A DNA stretch of 62,293 bases, the filler included, from Chiloscyllium plagiosum (lineage: Eukaryota), in the NCBI RefSeq assembly GCF_004010195.1. It is 3 parts of one record of this genome, joined end to end, with 100 filler letters (N's around TTAATTAATTAA, not from the genome) between each part and the next. Parts side by side here need not be neighbours in the genome. Positions count along the whole stretch, not along the records: positions 31,230 to 48,225 come from NC_057715.1; positions 48,326 to 62,293 come from NC_057715.1; 1 more part is not named here. One strand, 5' to 3'. Shown piece by piece: positions 39,506 to 51,779 of this stretch (positions are counted from its first letter, which is position 1; each line of letters starts with the position of its first letter). The translations under genes were made by a program, and so were the position numbers. The notes beneath the pieces are model-generated. The model saw only the letters and a program-made list of their open reading frames with translations, was not told the origin of the DNA and did no database searches.

Positions 39506-42500
39506 GTCCAGTGATAGCACCACAAGGCTATTACCTCCCGATACATTTACATTTACTTTGCTGTTTTACCTGGTGATTTGTTAAACTGACACCATTTCCG
39601 ACCTTCCACATGGACATCTACGATCCCACTCCATCATTAGGAAGTAGAGCAAGAGGCCATGTGCCAATATTTGACTCTCACACATCTTCCCTCACACAGA
39701 TTAACTTCAGTGTGACATCCTTGTCGTTTGTCAGAACTTCCTAGGTGAAAGCTGACTCGTGTGTTTCCTACATCACAGTAATGACTGCATTCACAATTCC
39801 AACCCTACCTTAGAATGCTTTAAGGCAATCGAAACAAGCAAACTGTCCCTCCCACTTACATTTATGGCTGCAATATCAATCAGAGGGCCAAAGGAAATCC
39901 CTATGCATAACCAATAGATTCAACCCTTTATTACTTTCGAAATGCATCAGAGACAGCATCCCAAAACTCTTCATTTGGCACACATCAGGACAAATGCAAG
40001 AATGCCAAATTTGAGACAATTACAAGATAAGCTTGGCACACACATTTGCAGAGTAATGAACCAGGCCGAAAAGGGGAATGCACGGAACGATTACGAGCAG
40101 AACCATGTTGGTGGACTTGCAGGTGAACAGGGAAGGACTCCTATGTTTTGGCCTGACCACTGCTGTGCTGGCCGTGACTTTGTGGGAATGAAAGGGCCTA
40201 TGAAAGGGCTGCTTATGGCATTTTATTCAAGGGATGGGGGCTTTGCTGGCACAGTCAGTATTTATTGCCCATTCATGAACATCCTCAGGATAGATCTGAG
40301 TCAGCCACATGTGTGTCTGGAGTCACATATAGGCCAGACCAGCCAAAGACAACAGTTTCCTCCCCAGGAGGACATTTCCAGGTGAAATTCTTCCCCTAGC
40401 AATTGAGAGCAGCTTCATCCTCCGGATTTCAATTGAACTTGAATTCCACCATCTGCCATGGAGGGATTGAACATGGATCCCCAGAGCAGTACCTGGGTCT
40501 CTGGGTTACTAGTAAGGTAATCATGCCACCAGGGCATCACTGCCTCCATTTTAGACCAGCAGGTCAGGACTAGAGAGCAGTGAGGTCTAGCAGGTTAGCC
40601 CAGTCAATGTTGATCCCACAGGTCACTTTCCTTAATTGGAACTCCTCCTACCCCCACCTCCCCCCCAACTTCCACAAATCCACCTCATCAGAATCAGTAA
40701 TAGAAATTGCTGGAAAAGCTCAGTGGGTGTGGCAACAGCGGTGGAGAGAAATCAGAGTTAATGTTTTGGGTTGAGTGACTCTTCCCCAGAGCTCTTTCTC
40801 TCCCTTGGCCCCATCTCCCACAAATCCACCACACTCAGATTCTGTACTGCCACGTGTCCCTTCCACATCTGGTCTTCACGAGTCAGCCTTGCACCCCTCC
40901 TCCACCAAGCATCTTCCACTAACCACCCCCACCGCCCCCAAAGACCCTCGGCCTTCCCTGCTTTGCACTGTGGGATATGGTGCAGTACCGGCAGCAGCCA
41001 CTGCTCCAGGTGGCACCTCTGGGGCTAGAGAGCTGCAAGCTGAAGCAGATGGCCAGAACTGCTCAGAGGTGGGATTCCCTTCCCCGGATGAGAGGGAAAA
41101 GTCTTGTTTCCAGCCAGTTAACAACTCTCAGAGCCAGGTCTCAGGGGCAGACATCAGGCCTCCTGCCATCTGAAGAGTTTCTGCCTGATAAATAAGATAA
41201 ACATGAACTACATGATGGAGAGACACAAGGCTGCATTGTAGTGGAATCACTCTCCCCTTTAAGGCAGAGTGAGGATCTCCCCAGCTGTGTGGAGAATCTT
41301 GAGGTCTGGAGCTGGTCTTTGGGATAAGTTGTGTTGCCGTCTTTTGCTCTAGAACATTTACAAGAAGACAGAGCCTGGGAAACATCTTTTACATGTTAGG
41401 AGCAAATTACTGCTGGAAAGATAATGGAATCTGTTCTGAAAACTAAAAGTACAGGAGATAACAGTGGGTCGAGCAGCATCAGTAGAGAGAGAGCAAGCTA
41501 ACATTTCAAATCCTGATGAGTCTTCATCAGAGCTGATGTGCAGAGTGGGGGGACAGCATTTATGCTACAGTGGGGCAGGGTGTGGAATGTATATTGCCTT
41601 TTTAGTCAGTGTAAATTGAAGACTGGTACAAGTCAGTGTTATAAAGCTTAGTGTTATACAAAGCACCAGTGCGCGAATCACAAATAGAGCTATTCTCATT
41701 AGATGTACAACCCTGTGTGGGACTGGTAATCAGGAGGGAAGTCTCCTGTGCACTGTAAAGCACTTTGGTTCATCTTGAGGTCCTGAATGCTGCTATATGA
41801 ATCTAGTTTCTCATTCTCTTATAGTGGGAGAATCGTAGGACCCTTTATACCCTGCAAAGAATTCTTTCCCCTCTACTGCACCACGCTTCCCCTGCCATCC
41901 CCATTCGGCTGAAATCCTACATGAATGTAATGTTGACACTAATTTACAGGTACTTGGATAGAACAGTGGGCCATTACAATTGCAATTGCAAATACCATTA
42001 TTGTGAGTGAAGGACTGAATTAGAAAATCATAGAATGGTTATAGCATGGGGAGGAGGCTATGGTGCTGCTGCCTTTCCTAAATTAACAATGCATCCAATG
42101 CCTGGGCACCAGACTGCAGCTGGTAGGCAGTGGAAAGCTTGAGAGTTTGGTTAGTGTGGAGTTTCGGTGAATTGGGGGAAGGAGGTGTACCTTTGCTTTT
42201 TCCGAAACTTATTTAGAGTGCACCCCATCAGCTGCTGAAAGCCATAATCTGTGCTCAGTTTGAGAAACAAAGCGAAAAGCAAGATTGTCATCTTTGGAGT
42301 CTTTGGTGAGTTGAATGGTCAGTGTGTGCTTATTATAAGGGGCTGTGTAAGTAGCCTGCTTAAGAACATTGGAGTTAGGGATGATCTACAAATAAAACTT
42401 TAATATAGATACCTAAGGCAGTTTTCTTGTATAAATCTCAGTTGTTAGTGGTATCAGCTTTTCACAGATGCAGTAAAATTATGGTTAAGAGCACCAATTA

Positions 42501-42839
42501 ATTTCACATGGCTGATTGAGCTAGTAAATTATACCCAACTAATTAGCCAATAGACACTTGTGGGACAGATGGTAGAGTCATAGAAGCATAGAGATCTACA
42601 GTACAGATTAAGGCCCTTTAACCCATCGCATCCATGCTGGTCAGAAAAGAAAACCCAACTATTCTCATCCCATTTTCTGTTCTGTTGGCGTTGTGTTACA
42701 TCTGCAGAATGGGGGAACACTAGGATGCAGAAGTGATGCAGGGAAAATGCATTTGCATCAAAAGTACAAGAGCACAGCTATTGGATCAGAGACTGAATTG
42801 AAGATATTACAACACATCAGGGAGATTGAGCGATAACTG

Positions 42840-43700
42840 TGCAGAAGGTAATTAAGATGACAAATGGAATATTATTCTTCTTTGCTAGAGGGACGGAGTT
42901 TAAAAGCAGGGGGGTTATGTTGCAGCTGTATAGGATGCTGGCGAAAACTAGGTAAAAACAAGGACTGCAGATGCTGGAAACCAGAGTCTAGATTAGAGTG
43001 GTACTGGAAAAGCACAGCAGGTCAGGCAGCATCTGAGTAGCTGGCAAATCGATGTTTCGGGCAAAAGCCCTTCATCAGGAATAGAGGCCTTTATTCCTGA
43101 TAAAGGGCTTTTCCCCAAAACGTCAATTTTCCTGCAATCGGATGCTGCCTGACCTGCTGTGCTTTTCCAGCACCACTCTAATCTAGGGTGTAGGGTGAGG
43201 CCACACATGGAGGACTGTGCAGTGTTGTTCTCCTTACTCAAGAAAGGATGTACTGGCACTGGAGGGGATGCAGAGGAAGTTCACTGGGTTGATTCTGGAA
43301 TTGAGAGGCTTGCCTTATGAGGAGAGATTGAGTAAACTGGGACTATACTCACTGGAGTTTAGAAGAACGAGAGGAGATCTTATAGAAATGTATAAACTTA
43401 TGAAGGGATAAGATATGAATAAGATAGAAGCAGGGAGGCTGTGGTTGGTGAAACTAGAATTAGAGGACATAGCCTCAAAATAAGGCTGAGTAGATTTAGG
43501 ACTGAGTTGAGGAAAAACTTCTTCACCCAGAGGGTTGTGAATCTGTGGAATTCTCTGCCAGTAAGCAGTAGAGGCTACCCCATTGAATGTTTTTAAGGCA
43601 AAGATAGATAGATTTTTGAACAGTAAAGTTATGGTCATCAGGTGGGTAAGTGGAGCTGAGTGTACAAAAAGATCACCCTCGAGGGGCCAGATGGTCTACT
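42840..43700 (+). mobile_element. CR1 3' part interrupted by an inverted PLE-repeat pair (~42948-43185)
   Basis: LPYEERLSKLGLYSLEFRR; intact core at 43051-43078 (minus) and degenerate partner on plus. Confidence 0.85.
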
Positions 43701-43714
43701 CCCTGATTCTTTTT

Positions 43715-43915
43715 AGAACTCCAACAGCAGTGTGGAAACAGGCCTTTCAGCCCAACTGGTCCACACTGACCCTCTGAAGAGCATTCCAACCGAACCCATC
43801 CTCCTGCACTGCATTTCCCATAGCTAGCCCATTTCGCTTGCACATCCCTGGACACTCTGGGCAATTTAGCCTGGCCAATCCACCTAATCTGCACATCTTT
43901 GGACTGTGGGAGGAA
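43715..43915 (-). mobile_element. HE1-like SINE 3' part
   Basis: Reverse SINE tail. Confidence 0.8.
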
Positions 43916-43999
43916 GTCACTTGTTCCAGAAGGCAGTCATGACCCTTAGGATAGGGAAGTCTGATTCCATTTTAGTAAGGAACAAATAAATGAGATCCT

Positions 44000-44770
44000 G
44001 AGTAAGCCAAGTAAAGGGTTCATAACATATAGTGCAGGAGCTTCAGACATTGCAATTATCTAACAAGTTCAATGTACCGTTAGGGTGGCTTGCACGTGAA
44101 TCATGTTATAACAAGTGTTCCAGCAAACATTATGACAAGAGAAGTTGAGAGGGCTTTAAACTTAACAGTGGGAGTGGACTGGGTGTGTGATGGAAACAAT
44201 CTTTGAATAGATGAAGCAATTCATGGCAGAAAGTGAAGGCGAGACAGCAAAATAATAACATGGAAAATGAGGGTCAAAGAATGGCAGGAAGGGACAGAGT
44301 AAATAAAACTAAGAGTCCACAGCAATCAAGAATAGATGTTACCAAGGTAAATAAAGGACAAAATTAAATGCTCTGTATCCAACCAAGTATAACTTAATGA
44401 CAAAATATACAAATTGATAGTGCACATTGAAATTAATAAATAATATCTGATCGCCTTTATCAAAACTCAACATGGTGATCAGGAATGGGTCTTAAATGTT
44501 AAAGAATATCTGACATTCAAGAAGTGTAGGAAGCGAGGTATAGGTAGTGGGTTAATCAAGGGTGCAATAGTTAGAGATGACTGTATTTCAGAAGATCAAG
44601 CTGCAGAATTGGTATGGGTGGAAATGAGGAATGTAGGGAAAAGAAGTCAATAGTGGGAGTGACCTATGAGCTCCCTTCTAATGTTAATCACTGTTAAGAA
44701 CAAAGTCTTCAAGAAGTAATGTTAGCTGCTTGTGCTAACGGGATGGCAATAATCATTGGTGTGTTTAATC
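44000..44770 (+). mobile_element. Highly decayed CR1 ORF1-end/ORF2 endonuclease region
   Basis: gagagggctttaaac ORF1-end motif; gtatgggtggaaatgagg and aataatcattggtg...tttaatc resemble APE motifs. Confidence 0.5.
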
Positions 44771-45854
44771 TACTTTTAAAAGTCAACAACTGATCCAGCA
44801 TCAACTACATTTGTGGAAGAGCGTTCCAAACCTCAACCATCCTTTTGTGTGTAGAAATGCTTTTGACCATCTCTCCTGAAGGGTCTGGCCCTAATTTTTA
44901 GACTGTGCCCCTTAGTTCCAGAATCCCCAACCAATTGAAATAGTTTATCTTCTCCTAATCTGTCTTTTCCAGTAAATATCTTGAAGTCTTTAATTAGATC
45001 ATCTCTTAATCTTCTAAATTGTCATGAAAACAAGCCTAATTTGAATAATCTCTCCTGATAGCTGTACCCTTGAAGTCCAGGTATCGTTCTTTTAGACCTA
45101 TACTGTACTCCTTCCAAGGCCAAAATGTCCTTCCTATGGTATGGCCTACTCAAAGCATTCCAACTGGGGTCTAACTAACCAACACCCCCCAGCAATAGAA
45201 TCAATCATCCTTGCATGGTCTTGCCTACATGTGACTGCAGACCCACAGCATTGTGGTTGACTCAGCAGCATTTGGGGATGGGCAATAAATAGTGGCTCAG
45301 CCAATGACCTCGACATCCAATGAATGGATTTCTTTTTAAAAAACAAGCAGTTCAGAATGTTCAAAGCTAAATGACTGTATTTTCTTGGCTGATCACTCCT
45401 TGTTTCTCTGGTTGCTCAGAGAATGTATTGGGAGTTGGTGGTGCTGTTATTAGGAGATAGTACAAGGGCACATTCAAACGGGACAATGATTGTACGTGGC
45501 AGCAGGGTATTCTGCTAAAGTTGACAGATTTTTGATTGTTCAGAGATGACTTGCTCAGTTTTTATCAGCTAACGTGACCATCAAGGGGCATGTTCTGTTC
45601 CCAGCTGCTGGTACAATTGAATGAGCTGGATCCCAGAATGAAAACTGGCTTAATCGATCACATTTTGTGCTAATTATTCAATAGCTTAACATGAGTGTTT
45701 TTGTTTGGCGAAGTCCGACTTGTGGAGTTTTTTTGGAGGATTTCATGCCTTAAGGCAGAGTGAGATTTCTCACCGAGTCTTACCAAATTCATCCCACCAA
45801 TATGGCATCTCTTACATCAGTCATGTCCCATTCCTGAAACAACATAGCCTGGAA

Positions 45855-46208
45855 TCTTAGAATCATATAATCCCTACAGTGTGGAAACAGGCCCTTCAGC
45901 CCAACAATCCACACCGACCCTCCGAACAGTAATCACTCAGACCCATTCTTCTACCCTATTACTCTACATTTACACCTGACTAATGCACCCAACCTACACT
46001 TTCCGGAACATTATGGGCAATTTAGCGTACCAATTCACCTAACTTGCACACCTTTGGATTATGGGAGGAAACCAGAGCACCTGGAGGCAACCCACACAGA
46101 CATAGGAGAATGTGCAAATTCTACACAGGCAGTCGCCTGTGGCTGGAATTGAAGCCGGGTCCCTGGTGCTGTGAGGCAGCAGTTCTAACCACAGAACCAC
46201 CGTGCCAC
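45855..46208 (-). mobile_element. HE1-like SINE, full length
   Basis: Reverse SINE head to tail. Confidence 0.9.
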
Positions 46209-46439
46209 CTATGCCGTCTTTGCACCCATGCCATCTTAAAAAGGCAGGAGTGCACCCCAGCCAAGCACTGTCAGCTTATAGCTGCCCTGCTTGGTTCCTG
46301 ACATTGGTTTTAACGTGATGGAAAGTACAAAGCCTTAATCATGTGTTTTGGCAGATCCCCATAATGGTTCGGATGATGCCCATTCCAATGATACAGCTAT
46401 ATTTCTCCGTCTACTGGACCCAGAGCCCCATGAATTGGA

Positions 46440-46542
46440 GTCAAGAGTGTGGTGCTGGAAAAGCACAGCAGGTCAGGCAGCATCCAGGGACCAGGAAAAT
46501 CAACGTTTTGGGCAAAAGCCCTTCATCAGGAATGAAAGGAAT
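46440..46542 (-). mobile_element. Family-A PLE-repeat element
   Basis: Flanks ccatgaattgga (46428-46439) and ccatgaatcgga (46543-46554). Confidence 0.75.
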
Positions 46543-46699
46543 CCATGAATCGGAACCCATTCATCCTATACTTACCTTTGAACCATGCATATACCATTTT
46601 GACAATGAGATACCAACATCTCAATGCACCCTCCATTGGCACTGGCCACAGATATTGGCATCCAACATGTGCCAACCTTTAAGATTCCACGTCCTGATT

Positions 46700-47614
46700 T
46701 TCCCAGTCCATCTGCGTATTGAAGTCACTGATGATTAATGTAATAGTGTCTTTCTTACATTCCTTTTCCACCTCTTGATTTATTTTCTGCTGCTCGAAAG
46801 CCTAACAACAACTCCCATCAGTGACTTTCTGTCTTTGTGGTTCCTCAACTCTACGCACACTGATCCTACACTTTCTGATTCCATATTACTTCTTGCTATC
46901 CATTTAATTTAATTCCTTGCTAACAAGGCAATCCTATCCCTTCAGCCCATTTGCCTGTCCTTTCAATGGGATGTGTATCTATAGATATTTAGTTTACAGC
47001 CGTGATCCCCTTAAATCCTCTGTGATACCCACAACATAATATGTGCTAATTTCAATCTGTGCGACAAGGTTATTTACCTTGTGTCATATACTGCTTGCAT
47101 TAAAATCCAAAGCCATGAGTCCTATGTTGATTGCCCCCAATCTCGTAGCTGTCACCTTGTTTGCTGTACCTGAAGTTAGATTCCTGACCAATTCCATACT
47201 CTCTGTTCTATTATTTGTTCTGGAAACTTTAATAACATCTCCTGAACCCTTCACCACTTTAACTTTTACCTTAATATTCCATGGAACTCAACTGCCGCAC
47301 ACTATTTAGTTTAAAGCCCTATTCACAACTTTATGACTCACCAGGACTCTGGCCCAAGCATATTTCAGGTGGAGCAGGCCCCATAGAACAGCTCCCGCTG
47401 GATCCAGTCCTGGTGCCAATGTCCCATGAATTTTACATATTTCTCCCACACCAATCTTTCAGCCAAGCAGTTACATCGTTAATCTGGTTGACCTTGCACT
47501 AATTATCTCATGGCTCAGGTAGTAATACAGAATTCATTATCTTTTTGGTTCTGCTTCAATGTAACTCCTTGTTGCTCATATTTCCTCAGAAGAACCTATT
47601 TCCTCTTTCCACCT
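46700..47614 (-). mobile_element. Decayed CR1 5' region (ORF1 esterase end to ORF2 endonuclease start), flanked by direct repeats
   Basis: Minus strand contains gggacattggcaccaggactgg and ccacctgaa...ggccagagtcctgg, matching the esterase C-terminus seen at 61500-61640. Confidence 0.6.
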
Positions 47615-47904
47615 ACATCTCAATGCACCCTCCATTGGCACTGGCCACATGCACCCCTTGTCCACAGATATTGGCATCCAACATGTGCCAACCTTAAAGA
47701 TTCCACATCCTGATTAAGGAAATTGAAGGGAAAGTTAGAACAAGAGAAGTCAAGAAAGACAACTGTATCAATGAGGCAGAAAACTCAGAAAGGGATCATG
47801 CTGTAAGGTTGAGTGAAATAGGGGTTGATGGGAAGGGTGAGAGCAGTAACAAATTAAAAATACTATACATGAATGCACGAAGCATTAGACATAAGATGGA
47901 TGAG

Positions 47905-48225
47905 GTAAAAACAAGGACAGAATGCCCCTGGTACTCACCTTCCACCCTACCAACCTTCGCATAAACCAAATCATCCACCGACATTTCCGCCTTCTCCAAA
48001 AAGACCCCACCACCAGGGATATATTTCCCTCCCCACCCCTTTCCGCCTTCCGCAAAGACCGTTCCCTCCGTGACTACCTGGTCAGGTCCACGCCCCCCTA
48101 CGACCCACCCTCCCATCCTGGCACTTTCCCCTGCCACCGCAGGAACTGTAAAACATGTGCCCACACCTTCTCTTCACCCCTATCCAAGGCCCTAAAGGAG
48201 CCTTCCACATCCATCAAAGTCTTAC
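47905..48225 (+). mobile_element. Young PLE ORF fragment (RT-EN linker with Cys cluster, Neptune-like)
   Basis: PLVLTFHPTNLRINQIIHRHFRLLQKDPTTRDIFPSPPLSAFRKDRSLRDYLVRS...PCHRRNCKTCAH. Confidence 0.85.
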
Positions 48226-48325
48226 NNNNNNNNNNNNNNNNNNNNNNNNNNNNNNNNNNNNNNNNNNNNTTAATTAATTAANNNNNNNNNNNNNNNNNNN
48301 NNNNNNNNNNNNNNNNNNNNNNNNN
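48226..48325. other. 100-bp scaffold spacer with TTAATTAATTAA
   Basis: 44 N + 12-mer + 44 N. Confidence 0.95.
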
Positions 48326-49067
48326 CACCACCACACAGTCAGCCCCCTCTCTCCTCACCACCACACAGCCAGCTCCCATGTGTGCTCCCACAGGTCCTAG
48401 CCTCTCTTCCCTAGCTGCCATCCCCCCATCCCCCGCCTCCTCACACTCGCCCCCAACCCCCCACAGAGGGGTCAAAATAATTTCAAGCCTCAATGGCTTG
48501 GGAAGCTCTGACCCGAACTCTAAGTTCTCTCAGTCCTGAAGAAGGGTTATGGTGGGCTCGAAATGTTAACTCTCTTTCTTTCGCCACAGATTCTGCCTTT
48601 CCTGGTGGGTTTCTGTTGTGTGTTTGTTTCAGATTTCCAGTATCAGTAGTATATTTTCTTTTATCTAAACCCTCTGCCTATTAATTTCTCTCTAATCCAT
48701 TAAGATGCACCTTAAAACCTACCCCTTTACATTAACCTCCAGTCACCTGGCTTCAAATCTTCTCAGGTGACTTAGTATCAATTTCTATTTGCTAACACCC
48801 ATGCAGAGCACCTTAGGATTTTTTATTCTACTGAAGGCACTATATAAGTGCAAGGTTCAATTTGTGAATTGATGCAGATCTGCTTACTTTGGTTTGAAAT
48901 GAAACATAAACATCATCTGCTTTTCTCCAGTAGCTAAACTATCCTGTATTCAAAGAAGAATTTGATTGTTGCATTTTTTCCTTTGAAACTATTTGCTAAA
49001 CACCTGAAAGACTAATTTTGGAATGGGTTGGAATGGGGTAGAGGAACTATGTGCTATCAACCTTGGA

Positions 49068-49340
49068 GTGGCGTGGTGGCTCAGTGGTTAACACTGTTGC
49101 TCAAGGTGCCAGGGACCCAGGTTCAATTCCAGCCTCAGGCGACCGTCTGTGCAGAGTTTGCGCATTCTCCCTGTGTCTGGATGGGTCTCCCACAGTCCAA
49201 AGGTGTGTAGATTTGGAGACGAAGTTGCCCATGGTGTTCAGTGATGTGGGTTAAGGGAATAGGTCTCGGTGGGATACTCTTCAGTGGTTTGGTGTGGACC
49301 TGTTGGGCTAAATGGCCTGTCTCTGCGCTGTAGGGATTGT
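49068..49340 (+). mobile_element. HE1-like SINE
   Basis: A and B boxes, core, tail. Confidence 0.85.
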
Positions 49341-51114
49341 ACCATGGTACAATTATTTTATCAATCATTAAGGCTTACAATGTGCTATCAGCATCTGCAA
49401 CAGATGTTAATTTTACCTTGGAGATGCTGCGTGTACTGAGTAGCTGCTAGTTAATAGTTCCTTCATTATACTTAGACAACTCAACAGTGTTACACCTCAA
49501 GTAGCTACATGGTGTATGGACTGAGACACAGCCAGCTAACATTTCAAGGCTGAAATTTAATCAAAGCTGTACACATAATCTGCAGTGTAAATTTCAAAGT
49601 ATTTCTTTACTTTTTATGACACGTTGGCACCAAGAGTTTTGCAAAGTCTCTGAGCACTCCGCAGCATATTCAATCCTAAATCCAAAATATTACCCCCACC
49701 TTTCTGTCAGGACCTATTTTCGTCAGTAGGGGAATTGGGGAAGACATGAATCACACCTGGGTGAAACTGAACTTATCAGAGCCCTTTGAACTCAGTTCAA
49801 ATGGAACCCAATTTTACTGGAGCAAGGAGAGGGGAAGTGTGGGCATCATAAATGTTTAGAATAGACATAAATTCACATAAAAGATGGACCAGGTCAATGG
49901 CATTGCCAAGCTGTCAAGTCATTTAATCGTCCAAGCCTTCAGTTGTGTGTTTTGACATAACCCAAAAAACTTGTATTATAGCATTATTCCAGTTTGACTA
50001 CTTCCACAACCTAACATTATTGCAGTGGGGAGCCATAGGGCTCGTAGTTTGATTGAAAACATCAATTAAACAACCAGCTATTGTTGATGTGTCTCTTTTA
50101 ACGAAATCAAAATATTTAAGGATTTAAGGGAAGCTAAATGTATTGAATGACTTTTCATGAATGACAGTGCTATTTTGCAGTAAGACCTGCCAGGGATATT
50201 TGGAAATGTATTTTATTTTATCTCACAACAGCTCCTGAAGTTGTCATATATTTACTGGATGAGTTGTCATGGAGGGTAAAAGGACAAAGAGTGTTGTGTA
50301 GGCACCATGGGTTGGTATGAGCTGGTAATAATGGGCATGGGGAGTGGGTGGGAGTTGATGAGAGTAAGGTGTGCAGTCTAAAGGGACTAATATTTAGCCA
50401 AACAACTGAGTTGCCATCCAAGTAAGCCAAGCAGATATTTTTACCAATCACCTCAACACATGACAGTCCTGATTTGTCCCAAACACATTCCCACACCTCT
50501 ACCCCAACCCAGGAATGAATACCTGTACATTCAGAGCACCTCTTCCTTGGGGAGGATTAATCGAGTAGTGAGATATCTCAACACTGCACACCAGTCTCAA
50601 GACTGAAAATCCAAGTCTGTATATCCTTTTACGTTCATCAAAAATAAATTATCCTCGCTGTTAGCAGCCTTTAATAGATCCTAATAAAACTCTGGCCAGG
50701 TCGGTTACTTCAACATATTGCTGATAGTTGGTGGTTAAGATAAGATTCAATACTTTTCTGTAAATCTAATTTTGTATGTATTTCACACTAACTGAAAATT
50801 TATAGTCTAAACTGTAAAGTTCACAGCTTTAAACAGCATTTAACAAGATATCCACTGCAACAATAGTGGGTCTGAGTTAATTAAAGAAGCATTTGAAACT
50901 AATTCTTCAAAAATGAGGTATTTCTGTTAGGAGAATATAAAATTGGCCAAATCAGTTTGACCTAGGACTGAATGCTGGAAAGTGATGAGTACAAGGGTTC
51001 TAATTTCATTGTATAAATTTTGTCTGCAGTTGACATTTTAATTAACATTGACAAGTTAATTTCTAACGTTCCTTACCTTAAGCAAGGTTTTTTACAAGGT
51101 GTCCATTCAAAGAA

Positions 51115-51293
51115 CAAAGTTAACAATCACATGACACCAGGTTATAGTCCAACAGGTTTATTTGAAAGCACTAGCTTTCGGAGCACAGCTCCTTCATCAG
51201 ATGGTTGTCACTGAAAGCTAGTGCTTCCAAATAAACCTGTTGGACTATAACCTGGTGTTGTGTGATTTTTAACTCTGTACACCCCAGTCCAAC
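51115..51293. mobile_element. Family-C fold-back PLE-type repeat; hammerhead core 51172-51200 (minus)
   Basis: CTGATGA-a-GGAGC tgt GCTCC-GAAA-gc-TA; arms ~51125-51179 and ~51213-51268 are inverted; related copies at ~52568-52732 and ~59695-59750. Confidence 0.75.
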
Positions 51294-51294
51294 A

Positions 51295-51455
51295 GCCCAA
51301 AGGTGTGCAGGTCAGGTGAACTGGCCATGCTAAATTGCCCATAGTGTTAGGTGCATTAGTCAGAGGGAAAATGGGTCTGGGTAGGTTACTATTTGGAGGG
51401 TCAGTGTGGACTTTTGGGTCGAAGGGCCTGTTTCCAAACTGTTGGGAATATAGTC
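51295..51455 (+). mobile_element. HE1-like SINE 3' half
   Basis: ggccatgctaaattgcccatagtg...gaagggcctgtttcc. Confidence 0.8.
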
Positions 51456-51779
51456 TAAACTAATAACGGCATCATTCAAAGAACAGTTTTGCTTAGTTCA
51501 ATTAAAAAAGCAGCTGGAATCAGTTCCTCTGCAATTGAGTCAGAAAGAGTCATTTTGTTTTGGATGCATATAAAACTAGCCAACGTAATGCAACAAGTAT
51601 TGGGATTTGGATGATTAAGAAAGGAAGGGAAAGAGGTGCCTCATTATTTTTGTTTTTATTTCTCATTGTTTCAGCCTCCAGTAATTGGTTCTTGTCCTTT
51701 TAGAGGAGAAGAAGCTAATTATTTGGTCAGTATCTGGTAAGTGACAGAAGATTATGCTATTTCTAAAGTTCAAGTCTGT

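Noticed and set aside
39942..40385. 147-aa ORF
   Set aside because: 3' part runs through a SINE-like repeat; no recognisable domain
40771..41195. Overlapping Pro/Ser-rich ORFs
   Set aside because: Moderately GC-rich sequence open in several frames, starting within a PLE repeat; no homology recognised
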